A stretch of 64,000 nt of DNA from Bacilli bacterium (GTDB taxonomy: Bacteria; Bacillota_I; Bacilli_A; RFN20; DUOF01). The stretch lies in NCBI GenBank assembly GCA_045118975.1, contig JBGVCT010000008.1, positions 2,300 through 66,299 of the forward strand. Direction: 5' to 3'. A program made the translations under genes and the position numbers. Positions 1 to 6,665 of the stretch are shown here, one piece after another; the stretch's first letter is position 1; each line of letters starts with the position of its first letter. Under the pieces are notes generated by a model. That model had not been told where the DNA came from and ran no database searches. It saw only the letters and a program-made list of their open reading frames with translations.

Positions 1-248
1 TCTTTTAAGCTTTCATTTTCTTTATTTTCTTTTTCTAATTGTAAAGATGTTTGAACTTCAGCAAGAAATGCTTTATCTTCATTTACTTCATCTTCATATT
101 TTTTAAAATATTTAGTATCATTTTCAATTGCTTTTTCTACAAATTCTTTGTTGACTGTAACACCTTTAAAATCTTCAACTTTAAAATATTGATTATTATC
201 AATTCCTAATAAATTTAATACACAATAACAAGTAATTACTCTTCCCAT
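1..248 (-). CDS. hypothetical protein (N-terminal part only; the gene runs off the window start)
   Basis: My own minus-strand translation. ATG at 246-248 is preceded by GGAG (ttgataGGAGatgttattATG). The frame is open to position 1 (MGRVITCYCVLNLLGIDNNQYFKVEDFKG...). It is absent from the ORF track because it is edge-truncated. No recognisable motif. Confidence 0.35.
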   Translation of the reverse strand, partial: MGRVITCYCVLNLLGIDNNQYFKVEDFKGVTVNKEFVEKAIENDTKYFKKYEDEVNEDKAFLAEVQTSLQLEKENKENESLK

Positions 249-287
249 AATAACATCTCCTATCAAATTAAAAATCCTTTTATACAT

Positions 288-1595
288 TCATTTTAATCCA
301 ACATTTTCGTTAATGCAATAATTATTTTTAGCCCACTTGACACTAGGGTTATCATAAATTAGAAGGAGTGGTGCTATGAGATCCCCTACTAAATACAAAA
401 ACGAAATACTAAAAGAATACAAAAAAGGTGTTGCCCCCAAGGAAATATGCCAAGTATATAATGTTAAAAAAAGTACTTTATATAATTGGTTGAATGAAGA
501 AAATATACAACTTCAAAAAGAAAATGAACAATTAAAAACAACAAAAGAATATCTTAAATTAGAAAGTATGTATAAAAAGGAATTAAGGAAAAATGAAATT
601 TTAACTAAAACTCTTTGTCTTTTTGATATACCTTTAAAAGAAAAATTATATGTAGCGCAAAAACTCGTTGAAACATATCATCTAAAAGAAGTCGCCAGAA
701 TATTACAACTTCCATATTCTACTTTATATCACCACATACATGATAAAGTACAAATAACGCAGAGAGATATGTATGATGATTTTTTAAAAGAAAAAATCTT
801 AGAATTTTTTGAAAAAAGTGGTCATAGACTAGGAATTAAAAAAATGCATATAAAATTAAGAACAAATAACATCACTTGTACCCATGAAAGAGTTTCTAGA
901 TTAATGAAAGAATTAAACTTAAAAAGTATAAGAACCAAAAGAAAAGTAGCAAAGAAAAAGAATGTCACCATATCTCATCCTTCATTTAATAAACTACAAC
1001 AAAACTTTATTCAAAGTGCACCAAATTTATTCTGGTGTGGAGATGTAACTCAAGTTAATATCAATGATAATAAATTTTATATTTGTGTAATATTAGATTT
1101 ATTTTCAAGAAAAGTAATCGCCTATAGAATATCATCTAGAAATGATGAAGCATTAACCGTAAATACATTTAAAGCTGCTTATGAAGAAAGAGATAATCCA
1201 GAAGGATTAACCTTCCATAGCGATCAAGGTGTTAACTATACTTCTAATCAATATCGAAACTTATTACATTCATTAAAAGTGGAACAATCTTTTTCTAAAA
1301 GAGGAACTCCATATGATAATGCTGTAATCGAAGGTTTCTTTTCAAATATGAAACAAGATGATTTGAATAGTAGAAATTTTGAATACCTAGATGACCTAAA
1401 AAAAGCAGTCGCAGATTATATCGAATACTATAACAATGATAGACCACATAACACCTTAAATAATAAGACTCCAAATGAATATGAAGAAGAATATTACAAT
1501 AATCTACAGTCTAATTTAGAAGATAAAGAAAAAGGCAAGTATTAGTATAATACTTACCTTTTAAAATTAACGAAATTGGACTTGAGCTAAAAATG
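288..1595 (+). mobile_element. IS3-family insertion sequence, copy A (single-ORF transposase)
   Basis: Imperfect terminal inverted repeats flank the transposase ORF: cattttaatccaacattttcgttaat at 288-313 and attaacgaaattggacttgagctaaaaatg at 1566-1595. Exact ends are uncertain by a few bp. Confidence 0.6.
376..1545 (+). CDS. IS3-family transposase (HTH + leucine-zipper-like region + DDE/rve integrase core in one ORF)
   Basis: N-terminal HTH (KEICQVYNVKKSTLYNWL). rve-core signatures: WCGDVTQV, HSDQGVNYTS, YDNAVIEGFF and YNNDRPHNTLNNKTP. RBS GGAGTGGTG lies upstream. Confidence 0.85.
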   Translation: MRSPTKYKNEILKEYKKGVAPKEICQVYNVKKSTLYNWLNEENIQLQKENEQLKTTKEYLKLESMYKKELRKNEILTKTLCLFDIPLKEKLYVAQKLVETYHLKEVARILQLPYSTLYHHIHDKVQITQRDMYDDFLKEKILEFFEKSGHRLGIKKMHIKLRTNNITCTHERVSRLMKELNLKSIRTKRKVAKKKNVTISHPSFNKLQQNFIQSAPNLFWCGDVTQVNINDNKFYICVILDLFSRKVIAYRISSRNDEALTVNTFKAAYEERDNPEGLTFHSDQGVNYTSNQYRNLLHSLKVEQSFSKRGTPYDNAVIEGFFSNMKQDDLNSRNFEYLDDLKKAVADYIEYYNNDRPHNTLNNKTPNEYEEEYYNNLQSNLEDKEKGKY

Positions 1596-1669
1596 TGTCC
1601 GTTTTTCGATTACCTCATGAGGTTACCCCAATTATTTGGACTGTGGGTTGTTAACTCCCACCTTTATAA

Positions 1670-2524
1670 TTATTGTAATTGCTCGTAATATCTTTGTCTA
1701 TATAATGATGGAGAAATAGTTAATCTTGTAACTATTCTTTTTTCATTATAATATTTTATATATTTTTCTATTTCTTTTTTAAGATGACTAAGCGAAGTGA
1801 ATGTATCTTCTTTTCCATAATACATTTCTTCTTTTAATCTTCCAAAGAAATTCTCGGTCGGTGAATTATCTAAACAACTTCCTTTCCTTGACATACTTTG
1901 AATTATATCACGCTCTATTAAAGTCTTTTGATATACTTTCATTTGATATTGATATCCCTGATCTGAATGCAATATTGCACCTTTTATTTTATTTCCATGA
2001 TATTTAAATAAATCATTTAACATATCTCTCACTTGTTTGTAATTTGGATTCTCACTTATACAATAACTTAATACTTCTCTTGTATGAAAATCTATTATCG
2101 GTGATAAATAAAGCTTTCCATATTTAGTTATGAATACAGTTACATCAGTTCCTAGTTTCTCATATGGTCTTATTGTCTTAAAGTTTCTTTTTTCTTTTGT
2201 TTTGCCATTTATTTCTTTTTCTTCAAGTAATTTATTCTTGCATATCTTTCCTATCTCACCTTTATATGAATTATATCGCTTGCTTTGTGGCTTTGCTTTT
2301 AGTTTTAATTCATTCATTATTCTTTCTACTCGCTTTTTATTAATATTATAGCCAATATTTCTTAATTCTAATGTGATTCTTGGTACTCCATATTTACAAT
2401 AATTATTATTAAATATCTCTATTATCTTATTTCTGATTTCTTCATCTTTTCTATATTTATAATCTAGACGACTGGATTTATAAAAATATGTGGATTTAGA
2501 TATTCGTGCTATCTCTAACAACAT
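1670..2524 (-). CDS. IS3-family transposase OrfB (DDE/rve integrase core)
   Basis: HSDQGYQYQ, LDNSPTENFFGRLK and YNEKRIVTRL motifs. In the -1 frame the reading frame stays open upstream to the A7 site at 2611-2617 (IVRPNSKERATKEEQVLIIKELGQKYKLSMLLEIARISKSTY...). The functional product is therefore probably an OrfAB fusion. Confidence 0.85.
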   Translation of the reverse strand: MLLEIARISKSTYFYKSSRLDYKYRKDEEIRNKIIEIFNNNYCKYGVPRITLELRNIGYNINKKRVERIMNELKLKAKPQSKRYNSYKGEIGKICKNKLLEEKEINGKTKEKRNFKTIRPYEKLGTDVTVFITKYGKLYLSPIIDFHTREVLSYCISENPNYKQVRDMLNDLFKYHGNKIKGAILHSDQGYQYQMKVYQKTLIERDIIQSMSRKGSCLDNSPTENFFGRLKEEMYYGKEDTFTSLSHLKKEIEKYIKYYNEKRIVTRLTISPSLYRQRYYEQLQ

Positions 2525-2559
2525 TGAGAGCTTATATTTTTGCCCTAACTCTTTTATAA

Positions 2560-3057
2560 TTAAGACTTGTTCTTCTTTTGTTGCTCTCTCTTTTGAATTA
2601 GGGCGTACGATTTTTTTAGGTATTCATTCTCCGCTTCTAAATATTCGAGTCGCTCTAATAATTTCTTGTTTGCTTCTACTTGCAATCTTTCTTCATGTAT
2701 CAAATAATGGGTTCTACTATGAGTGTCCTTTATTGATTCTTCTCCTTCTCTTTGATATTTTCTAACCCAATCTTCTACTATCTTTGGATCTGTTAACATC
2801 AGACTTAATGCTACTTGTCTTCGGCTTTCTTTTCCATTAAGTACTCTATCTATGGCTTTTAGTTTATCTTCTCTACTATAAGATCTACTAGTCCCATGGT
2901 CTTCAAATGCCTTCTCACCATGCATCTTATAAAGTGCACATTGATATTTTATATTAGTGTAATGATAATTATATTTCTTAGCTAATTCATGCAAAGGTAT
3001 TCCTTCTTCTGCATACTCTTTGACTATTTTTAATTTCTCCTGTATCGAATATTTCAT
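2560..3057 (-). CDS. IS3-family transposase OrfA (HTH)
   Basis: The real start is taken as MKYSIQEKLKIVKEY (ATG 3055-3057, GGGGG SD 9 nt upstream). The ORF-track start at 3177 would read through the tmRNA 3' end. HTH and coiled-coil (LERLEYLEAENEYLKK) are typical of IS3 OrfA. Confidence 0.8.
   Translation of the reverse strand: MKYSIQEKLKIVKEYAEEGIPLHELAKKYNYHYTNIKYQCALYKMHGEKAFEDHGTSRSYSREDKLKAIDRVLNGKESRRQVALSLMLTDPKIVEDWVRKYQREGEESIKDTHSRTHYLIHEERLQVEANKKLLERLEYLEAENEYLKKSYALIQKREQQKKNKS
2611..2617 (-). promoter_or_regulatory. programmed -1 ribosomal frameshift site (A AAA AAA) joining OrfA to OrfB
   Basis: The minus strand reads CTA AAA AAA TCG near the end of orfA. Shifting -1 here gives an uninterrupted frame into OrfB. 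Confidence 0.6.
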
Positions 3058-3066
3058 ATAGTAAAA

Positions 3067-3108
3067 CCCCCATTTCATTGTAACATATTTCAGTCCAAGA
3101 AATGGGGG
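3067..3108 (-). promoter_or_regulatory. 10-bp stem hairpin at the IS end that contains the orfA Shine-Dalgarno in its 3' arm
   Basis: cccccatttc (3067-3076) is the exact reverse complement of gaaatggggg (3099-3108), with a 22-nt loop. On the minus-strand RNA the 3' arm GAAATGGGGG is followed by TTTTACTATATG, the orfA start. Confidence 0.45.
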
Positions 3109-3123
3109 TAATTTCATCACACT

Positions 3124-3489
3124 TGGTGGAGATGGCGGGAATCGAACCCGTGTCCAAATAAACTTGCTCATAGACATCTACAGTTTAGTCTTAGATTATT
3201 TATTCACTATTAAGTAAGGAGTAAGACTCTCCACTTAATAGCTATCCTGTAAATTTTCGTATTTACTATACAGAATTTTAGTAAATCTTATCCTTCATAA
3301 TATGACACCTTGTTAAAACTAAAGGAAAATCTTAACTCAGTGAGCTACTTCTCGCTATTGAGATAAAAGTCTATTGACTAGTAAGCTAATGCGTAATTAT
3401 AGTTGCCATTTATCGGCATTTGATCTTTAAGGGCTATCATCCCACTGCAATCCATGCTCTCCTCTACCTGTCGAAGCCATGTCATCCCC
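3124..3489 (-). ncRNA. ssrA: tmRNA (transfer-messenger RNA, SsrA)
   Basis: The minus strand begins GGGGATGACATGGCTTCGACAGG and ends GGACACGGGTTCGATTCCCGCCATCTCCACCA. This is the tRNA-Ala-like acceptor/T-arm with CCA. An internal tag frame ends ...AAT GGC AAC TAT AAT TAC GCA TTA GCT TAC TAG. Confidence 0.9.
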
Positions 3490-3532
3490 AAATTAGTATT
3501 CGTAGCTTTTGCTACGCTAATTAGTATAAATT

Positions 3533-3560
3533 AAAAGACACCTACTTTTCAATAGGTGTT
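3533..3560 (-). terminator. intrinsic terminator after the ZIP transporter gene
   Basis: Stem ACACCTA/TAGGTGT (3538-3544 / 3553-3559) with T-rich tracts on both sides. It lies 10 nt downstream of the stop at 3570. Confidence 0.6.
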
Positions 3561-3569
3561 TTTCTTTAT

Positions 3570-4352
3570 TTATGCAAGTACCACATCTAATATCATCATT
3601 AATGTAAATCCAATCATTACTCCAATTGTAGCAATATTTGAATGTTTCCCCGTTTGCGACTCAGGAATTAACTCTTCTACTACAACATAAATCATTGCCC
3701 CAGCTGCAAATGAAAGAAAGTAAGGAATAATACTTGTAAGTAGTGCACTAAATAAGATAACTACAAGTGAACCAATAGGTTCTACCACTCCACTTACAAC
3801 ACCATATAAGAATGACTTTTTATTGTTCTCTCCCTTGTTTTTCATATCAAAAGAAACAATCGCTCCCTCAGGAATATTTTGTATGGCAATACCAATTGAA
3901 AGTGCTATTGCTCCAGTTAAAGAAATTCCTACATTGCCCATTAAAAATCCAGCAAACACTACTCCAATTGCCATACCTTCAGGAATATTATGCAAGGTAA
4001 CAGCTAAAAACATCATTGTCTTTTTCTTTATATTACTTTTCTTTACGCCTTCAACCTCTTCGCTATGAATATGTAAATGTGGCAAAAAACTATCAAGTCC
4101 TAATAAAAATAGCATCCCTAAGATAAATCCTACCGAAGCAGGAATAATGCTAAATTTACCCATATTTTCACTCATTTCAATACTTGGGATTATAAGAGAC
4201 CAAATAGAGGCTGCAATCATTACTCCAGAAGCAAACCCAAGCAAAAGTTTTTCCACTTTACTATTAAGTTTATCTTTAGCAAATAAAACTATGCTGCTTC
4301 CTAAAATTGTTCCTACAAGAGGAATAAGTATACCAATTAATATATTCCACAT
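3570..4352 (-). CDS. ZIP-family divalent metal (zinc) transporter, paralog 1
   Basis: Polytopic membrane protein with the HNIPEGMAIG and QNIPEG motifs typical of ZupT/GufA-type ZIP proteins. Start chosen at the ATG 7 nt after GGAGG; the track start is 4358. Confidence 0.8.
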   Translation of the reverse strand: MWNILIGILIPLVGTILGSSIVLFAKDKLNSKVEKLLLGFASGVMIAASIWSLIIPSIEMSENMGKFSIIPASVGFILGMLFLLGLDSFLPHLHIHSEEVEGVKKSNIKKKTMMFLAVTLHNIPEGMAIGVVFAGFLMGNVGISLTGAIALSIGIAIQNIPEGAIVSFDMKNKGENNKKSFLYGVVSGVVEPIGSLVVILFSALLTSIIPYFLSFAAGAMIYVVVEELIPESQTGKHSNIATIGVMIGFTLMMILDVVLA

Positions 4353-4490
4353 AACCAAACCTCCAATTTTTTTATTTGTTCCACCAATAATAAATCATCT
4401 AATAAAATTATTACAAATAATAATTTTTAAAAAAAGATTTTCATTTAAAATATTTATACTATAATGTTATAGAAATGTGAGGTAATCTTT

Positions 4491-5600
4491 ATGTTACTTA
4501 GATCAAAAACAAAAACATTATTCTGTGGTAAGCCTTTAACTAAAGCACAAGAAGAAAATTCAAACTTAAACCTAAAAGAAATCGATGACAATTCTATCAT
4601 TTTAAAGTCATACCCTAGAAGAATAGTTTTAGAGTTAACTAATGCATGTAATTTAAACTGCCTCATGTGTGGAAGAAATGCAGCTAATTTTCAATTAACA
4701 TCATTTAACTTTGAAACATTTAAAAATTTAGAACCACTATTTGATATTGTCGAAGAAGTAACCTTAATGGGCTGGGGTGAGCCAACCATTCACCCACACT
4801 TTTTAGACATGCTAAAGATAATTAATAATCACTCTGCTAGAAAATACTTCTGTAGCAATGGAATGACCCTTGATATCATAAAAGATGCGATATTTGATTA
4901 TAAAGTGGATGTTTTTGCAATAAGTATAGATGGAGCCACTAAAGAGAGTAACAATAAAATAAGACGTGGAAGTGATTTAGATAAAATCACATATAATCTA
5001 AAAGAAATAGTAAAAATCAAAAAAGAAAGAAATCTGAGTTATCCATATATTAATTTTGTTTTTTGTGCAATGAAATCTAATATTGAAGAATTACCAAACG
5101 TTATAAAGTTAGCAAGTGATATAGGTGTTGATGAGGTAAAAGTTGTGTATTTAACTGCATTTAATAATACCCTGGCTAAAGAAACTTTATGGGATGAAAA
5201 AGAGAAAACAAAAAGGATATTTGATGAATCAGAGAAACTAGCAAATGATTTAAATGTCGCTTTAAAGCTCCCTTATATAATTGGACAAGACATATCGAAA
5301 GATAAAAACCATAAAGACTGCTATGTTGCTTGGCGTGATTTTTTTGTGGGTAGTGATGGCTATATTAGGCCATGTATGTCTACAAGTACAAAGTTTTTTC
5401 AATATGATGAAAATTTAAAATTCATGGAAATGTGGAATCATGAATGCTTTCAAGAATATAGAAAAAATGTGAATACAGAAAACATGGATAGCCCTTGTAA
5501 ACATTGCTATCAATCTTCATTTTGCAACTGGAATAAAAAACATTCATTTATTCAATTAAATAATAAATTTTCTCCTGATTGGGGAAATAAAAACAGCTAA
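4491..5600 (+). CDS. radical SAM enzyme with a C-terminal SPASM-type auxiliary cluster domain
   Basis: CxxxCxxC (TNACNLNCLMCGRN). GWGEP glycine-rich SAM motif. C-terminal CYVAWRDFFVGSDGYIRPC ... CKHCYQSSFC matches the SPASM pattern. RBS GAGG. Confidence 0.8.
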   Translation: MLLRSKTKTLFCGKPLTKAQEENSNLNLKEIDDNSIILKSYPRRIVLELTNACNLNCLMCGRNAANFQLTSFNFETFKNLEPLFDIVEEVTLMGWGEPTIHPHFLDMLKIINNHSARKYFCSNGMTLDIIKDAIFDYKVDVFAISIDGATKESNNKIRRGSDLDKITYNLKEIVKIKKERNLSYPYINFVFCAMKSNIEELPNVIKLASDIGVDEVKVVYLTAFNNTLAKETLWDEKEKTKRIFDESEKLANDLNVALKLPYIIGQDISKDKNHKDCYVAWRDFFVGSDGYIRPCMSTSTKFFQYDENLKFMEMWNHECFQEYRKNVNTENMDSPCKHCYQSSFCNWNKKHSFIQLNNKFSPDWGNKNS

Positions 5601-5621
5601 GAACTTATCTTAGCTGTTTTA
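5593..5621. terminator. bidirectional intrinsic terminator shared by the radical SAM gene and dut
   Basis: Perfect 10-bp stem acagctaaga/tcttagctgt (5593-5602 / 5608-5617) flanked by A-run and T-run. It overlaps the TAA of the plus-strand gene. Confidence 0.7.
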
Positions 5622-5625
5622 CATT

Positions 5626-6084
5626 TTAATTACTTTTAACAGTAGATCCAAATCCACCTTTTCTAGTCTCAGTAGGTGCTACCTCATCATCTACAGTCAA
5701 AAACTTAAAGAAGAATATTTGACCAATTTTATCGCCTTTTTTAATGTTATAAGTTTCTTTTCCAATATTATGTAACATAAATCCTATATTACCATCATTA
5801 CTTTCATTATCTGCATAATCACTTTCAATAATACCAATACCATTAGCTAGGATAATTCCCCTTTTACCCATACCACTGGTAGAAGCTAAAATAAACCCTT
5901 CATCATGATTACAATAAGCCTTAACATTTGTAAATATTAAGTTAGTATCTCCAGGTTCTACAACTGTATCAATTGGTGAATAACAATCGTAACAAACTGA
6001 ATGTTTTGTAGCCCTTACAGGCATCTTGATTTCATCATCATTGTACTTTTTAAATTCTTTTCTAACTGGTGCAAATTTTCTCAT
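5626..6084 (-). CDS. dut: dUTP diphosphatase
   Basis: GMGKRGIILANGIGIIESDY, GDKIGQ and the C-terminal RKGGFGST motif. Start moved to MRKFAPV (GGGAGG SD). Confidence 0.85.
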   Translation of the reverse strand: MRKFAPVRKEFKKYNDDEIKMPVRATKHSVCYDCYSPIDTVVEPGDTNLIFTNVKAYCNHDEGFILASTSGMGKRGIILANGIGIIESDYADNESNDGNIGFMLHNIGKETYNIKKGDKIGQIFFFKFLTVDDEVAPTETRKGGFGSTVKSN

Positions 6085-6162
6085 AATATTCCTCCCCATT
6101 TGCTATAAATATTATACTATTTTACGCCCTTTTTTTAAACTATTATTTTACATATTTTAAGA

Positions 6163-6189
6163 CAAAAAAATACTAGGCAACGCCTAGTA
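6163..6189 (-). terminator. intrinsic terminator after smpB
   Basis: Stem TACTAGGC/GCCTAGTA (6171-6178 / 6182-6189), followed on the minus strand by a T7 run. Confidence 0.7.
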
Positions 6190-6198
6190 TTTATTAAC

Positions 6199-6663
6199 TT
6201 ATTTATTAAGTTCTTTTATCATTTTATTAATATTTCTATTAATATCTTTATTCTTTTCTACTTCCCTTTTATCATAGTTGTGTTTACCTTTAGCTAAGGC
6301 TATTTCTAGTTTAGCTAAGCCATTTTTTAAATAAATTTTAGTAGGAACTATAGTAAACCCTTTTTCATTAATTTTAATAGATATTTTGTTTATTTCTATT
6401 TTATTCAAAAGTAATTTTCTAGTTCGTGTAGTACTAGGTAAAAAGAAACTAGATTTTTCATAATTTGCAATGTGCATATTTATAATGAAAGCTTCCCCAT
6501 TTTTTATATGAATATAGCTATCTTTTAAATTCACTCTGCCCTCTCTTATTGATTTAATTTCGCTACCCTCTAAAACTAAACCGGCTTCGTAAGTATCAAA
6601 TAAGAAATAATCATAACCAGCTTTTTTATTTAAAGCTATAACTTTTATTCCTTCACTCTTCAT
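6199..6663 (-). CDS. smpB: SsrA-binding protein SmpB
   Basis: 154 aa. KVIALNKKAGYDYFL..YEAGLVLEGSEIKSIR...IVPTKIYLKNGLAKLEIALAKGKHNYDKRE is the canonical SmpB pattern. It sits directly downstream of rnr. Confidence 0.95.
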   Translation of the reverse strand: MKSEGIKVIALNKKAGYDYFLFDTYEAGLVLEGSEIKSIREGRVNLKDSYIHIKNGEAFIINMHIANYEKSSFFLPSTTRTRKLLLNKIEINKISIKINEKGFTIVPTKIYLKNGLAKLEIALAKGKHNYDKREVEKNKDINRNINKMIKELNK

Positions 6664-6665
6664 AA

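Larger units (their letters stand above)
1616..3121 (-). mobile_element. IS3-family insertion sequence, copy B (orfA/orfB with -1 frameshift); unrelated in sequence to copy A
   Basis: Terminal inverted repeats: tgaggttaccccaattatttggactg at 1618-1643, and tgtgatgaaattacccccatttcttggactg read on the minus strand from 3121 down to 3091. It contains orfA, an A7 slippery site and orfB. The right end lies 2 nt from the CCA end of ssrA. Confidence 0.65.

Noticed and set aside
3058-3177. The ORF track extends IS orfA upstream to 3177 (MSMSKFIWTRVRFPPSPPS...).
   Set aside because: That extension is a translation of the 3' acceptor/T-arm of the tmRNA gene (GGTTCGATTCCCGCCATCTCCACCA) and of the IS terminal repeat. 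The internal ATG at 3055-3057 has a proper SD and begins the conserved OrfA sequence.
4454-4666. A 70-aa minus-strand ORF next to or overlapping the radical SAM gene, as a candidate precursor peptide.
   Set aside because: It is antisense to the 5' end of the radical SAM CDS, has no RBS, and has no Cys/Ser/Thr-rich core. It is most likely a spurious ORF in AT-rich sequence.
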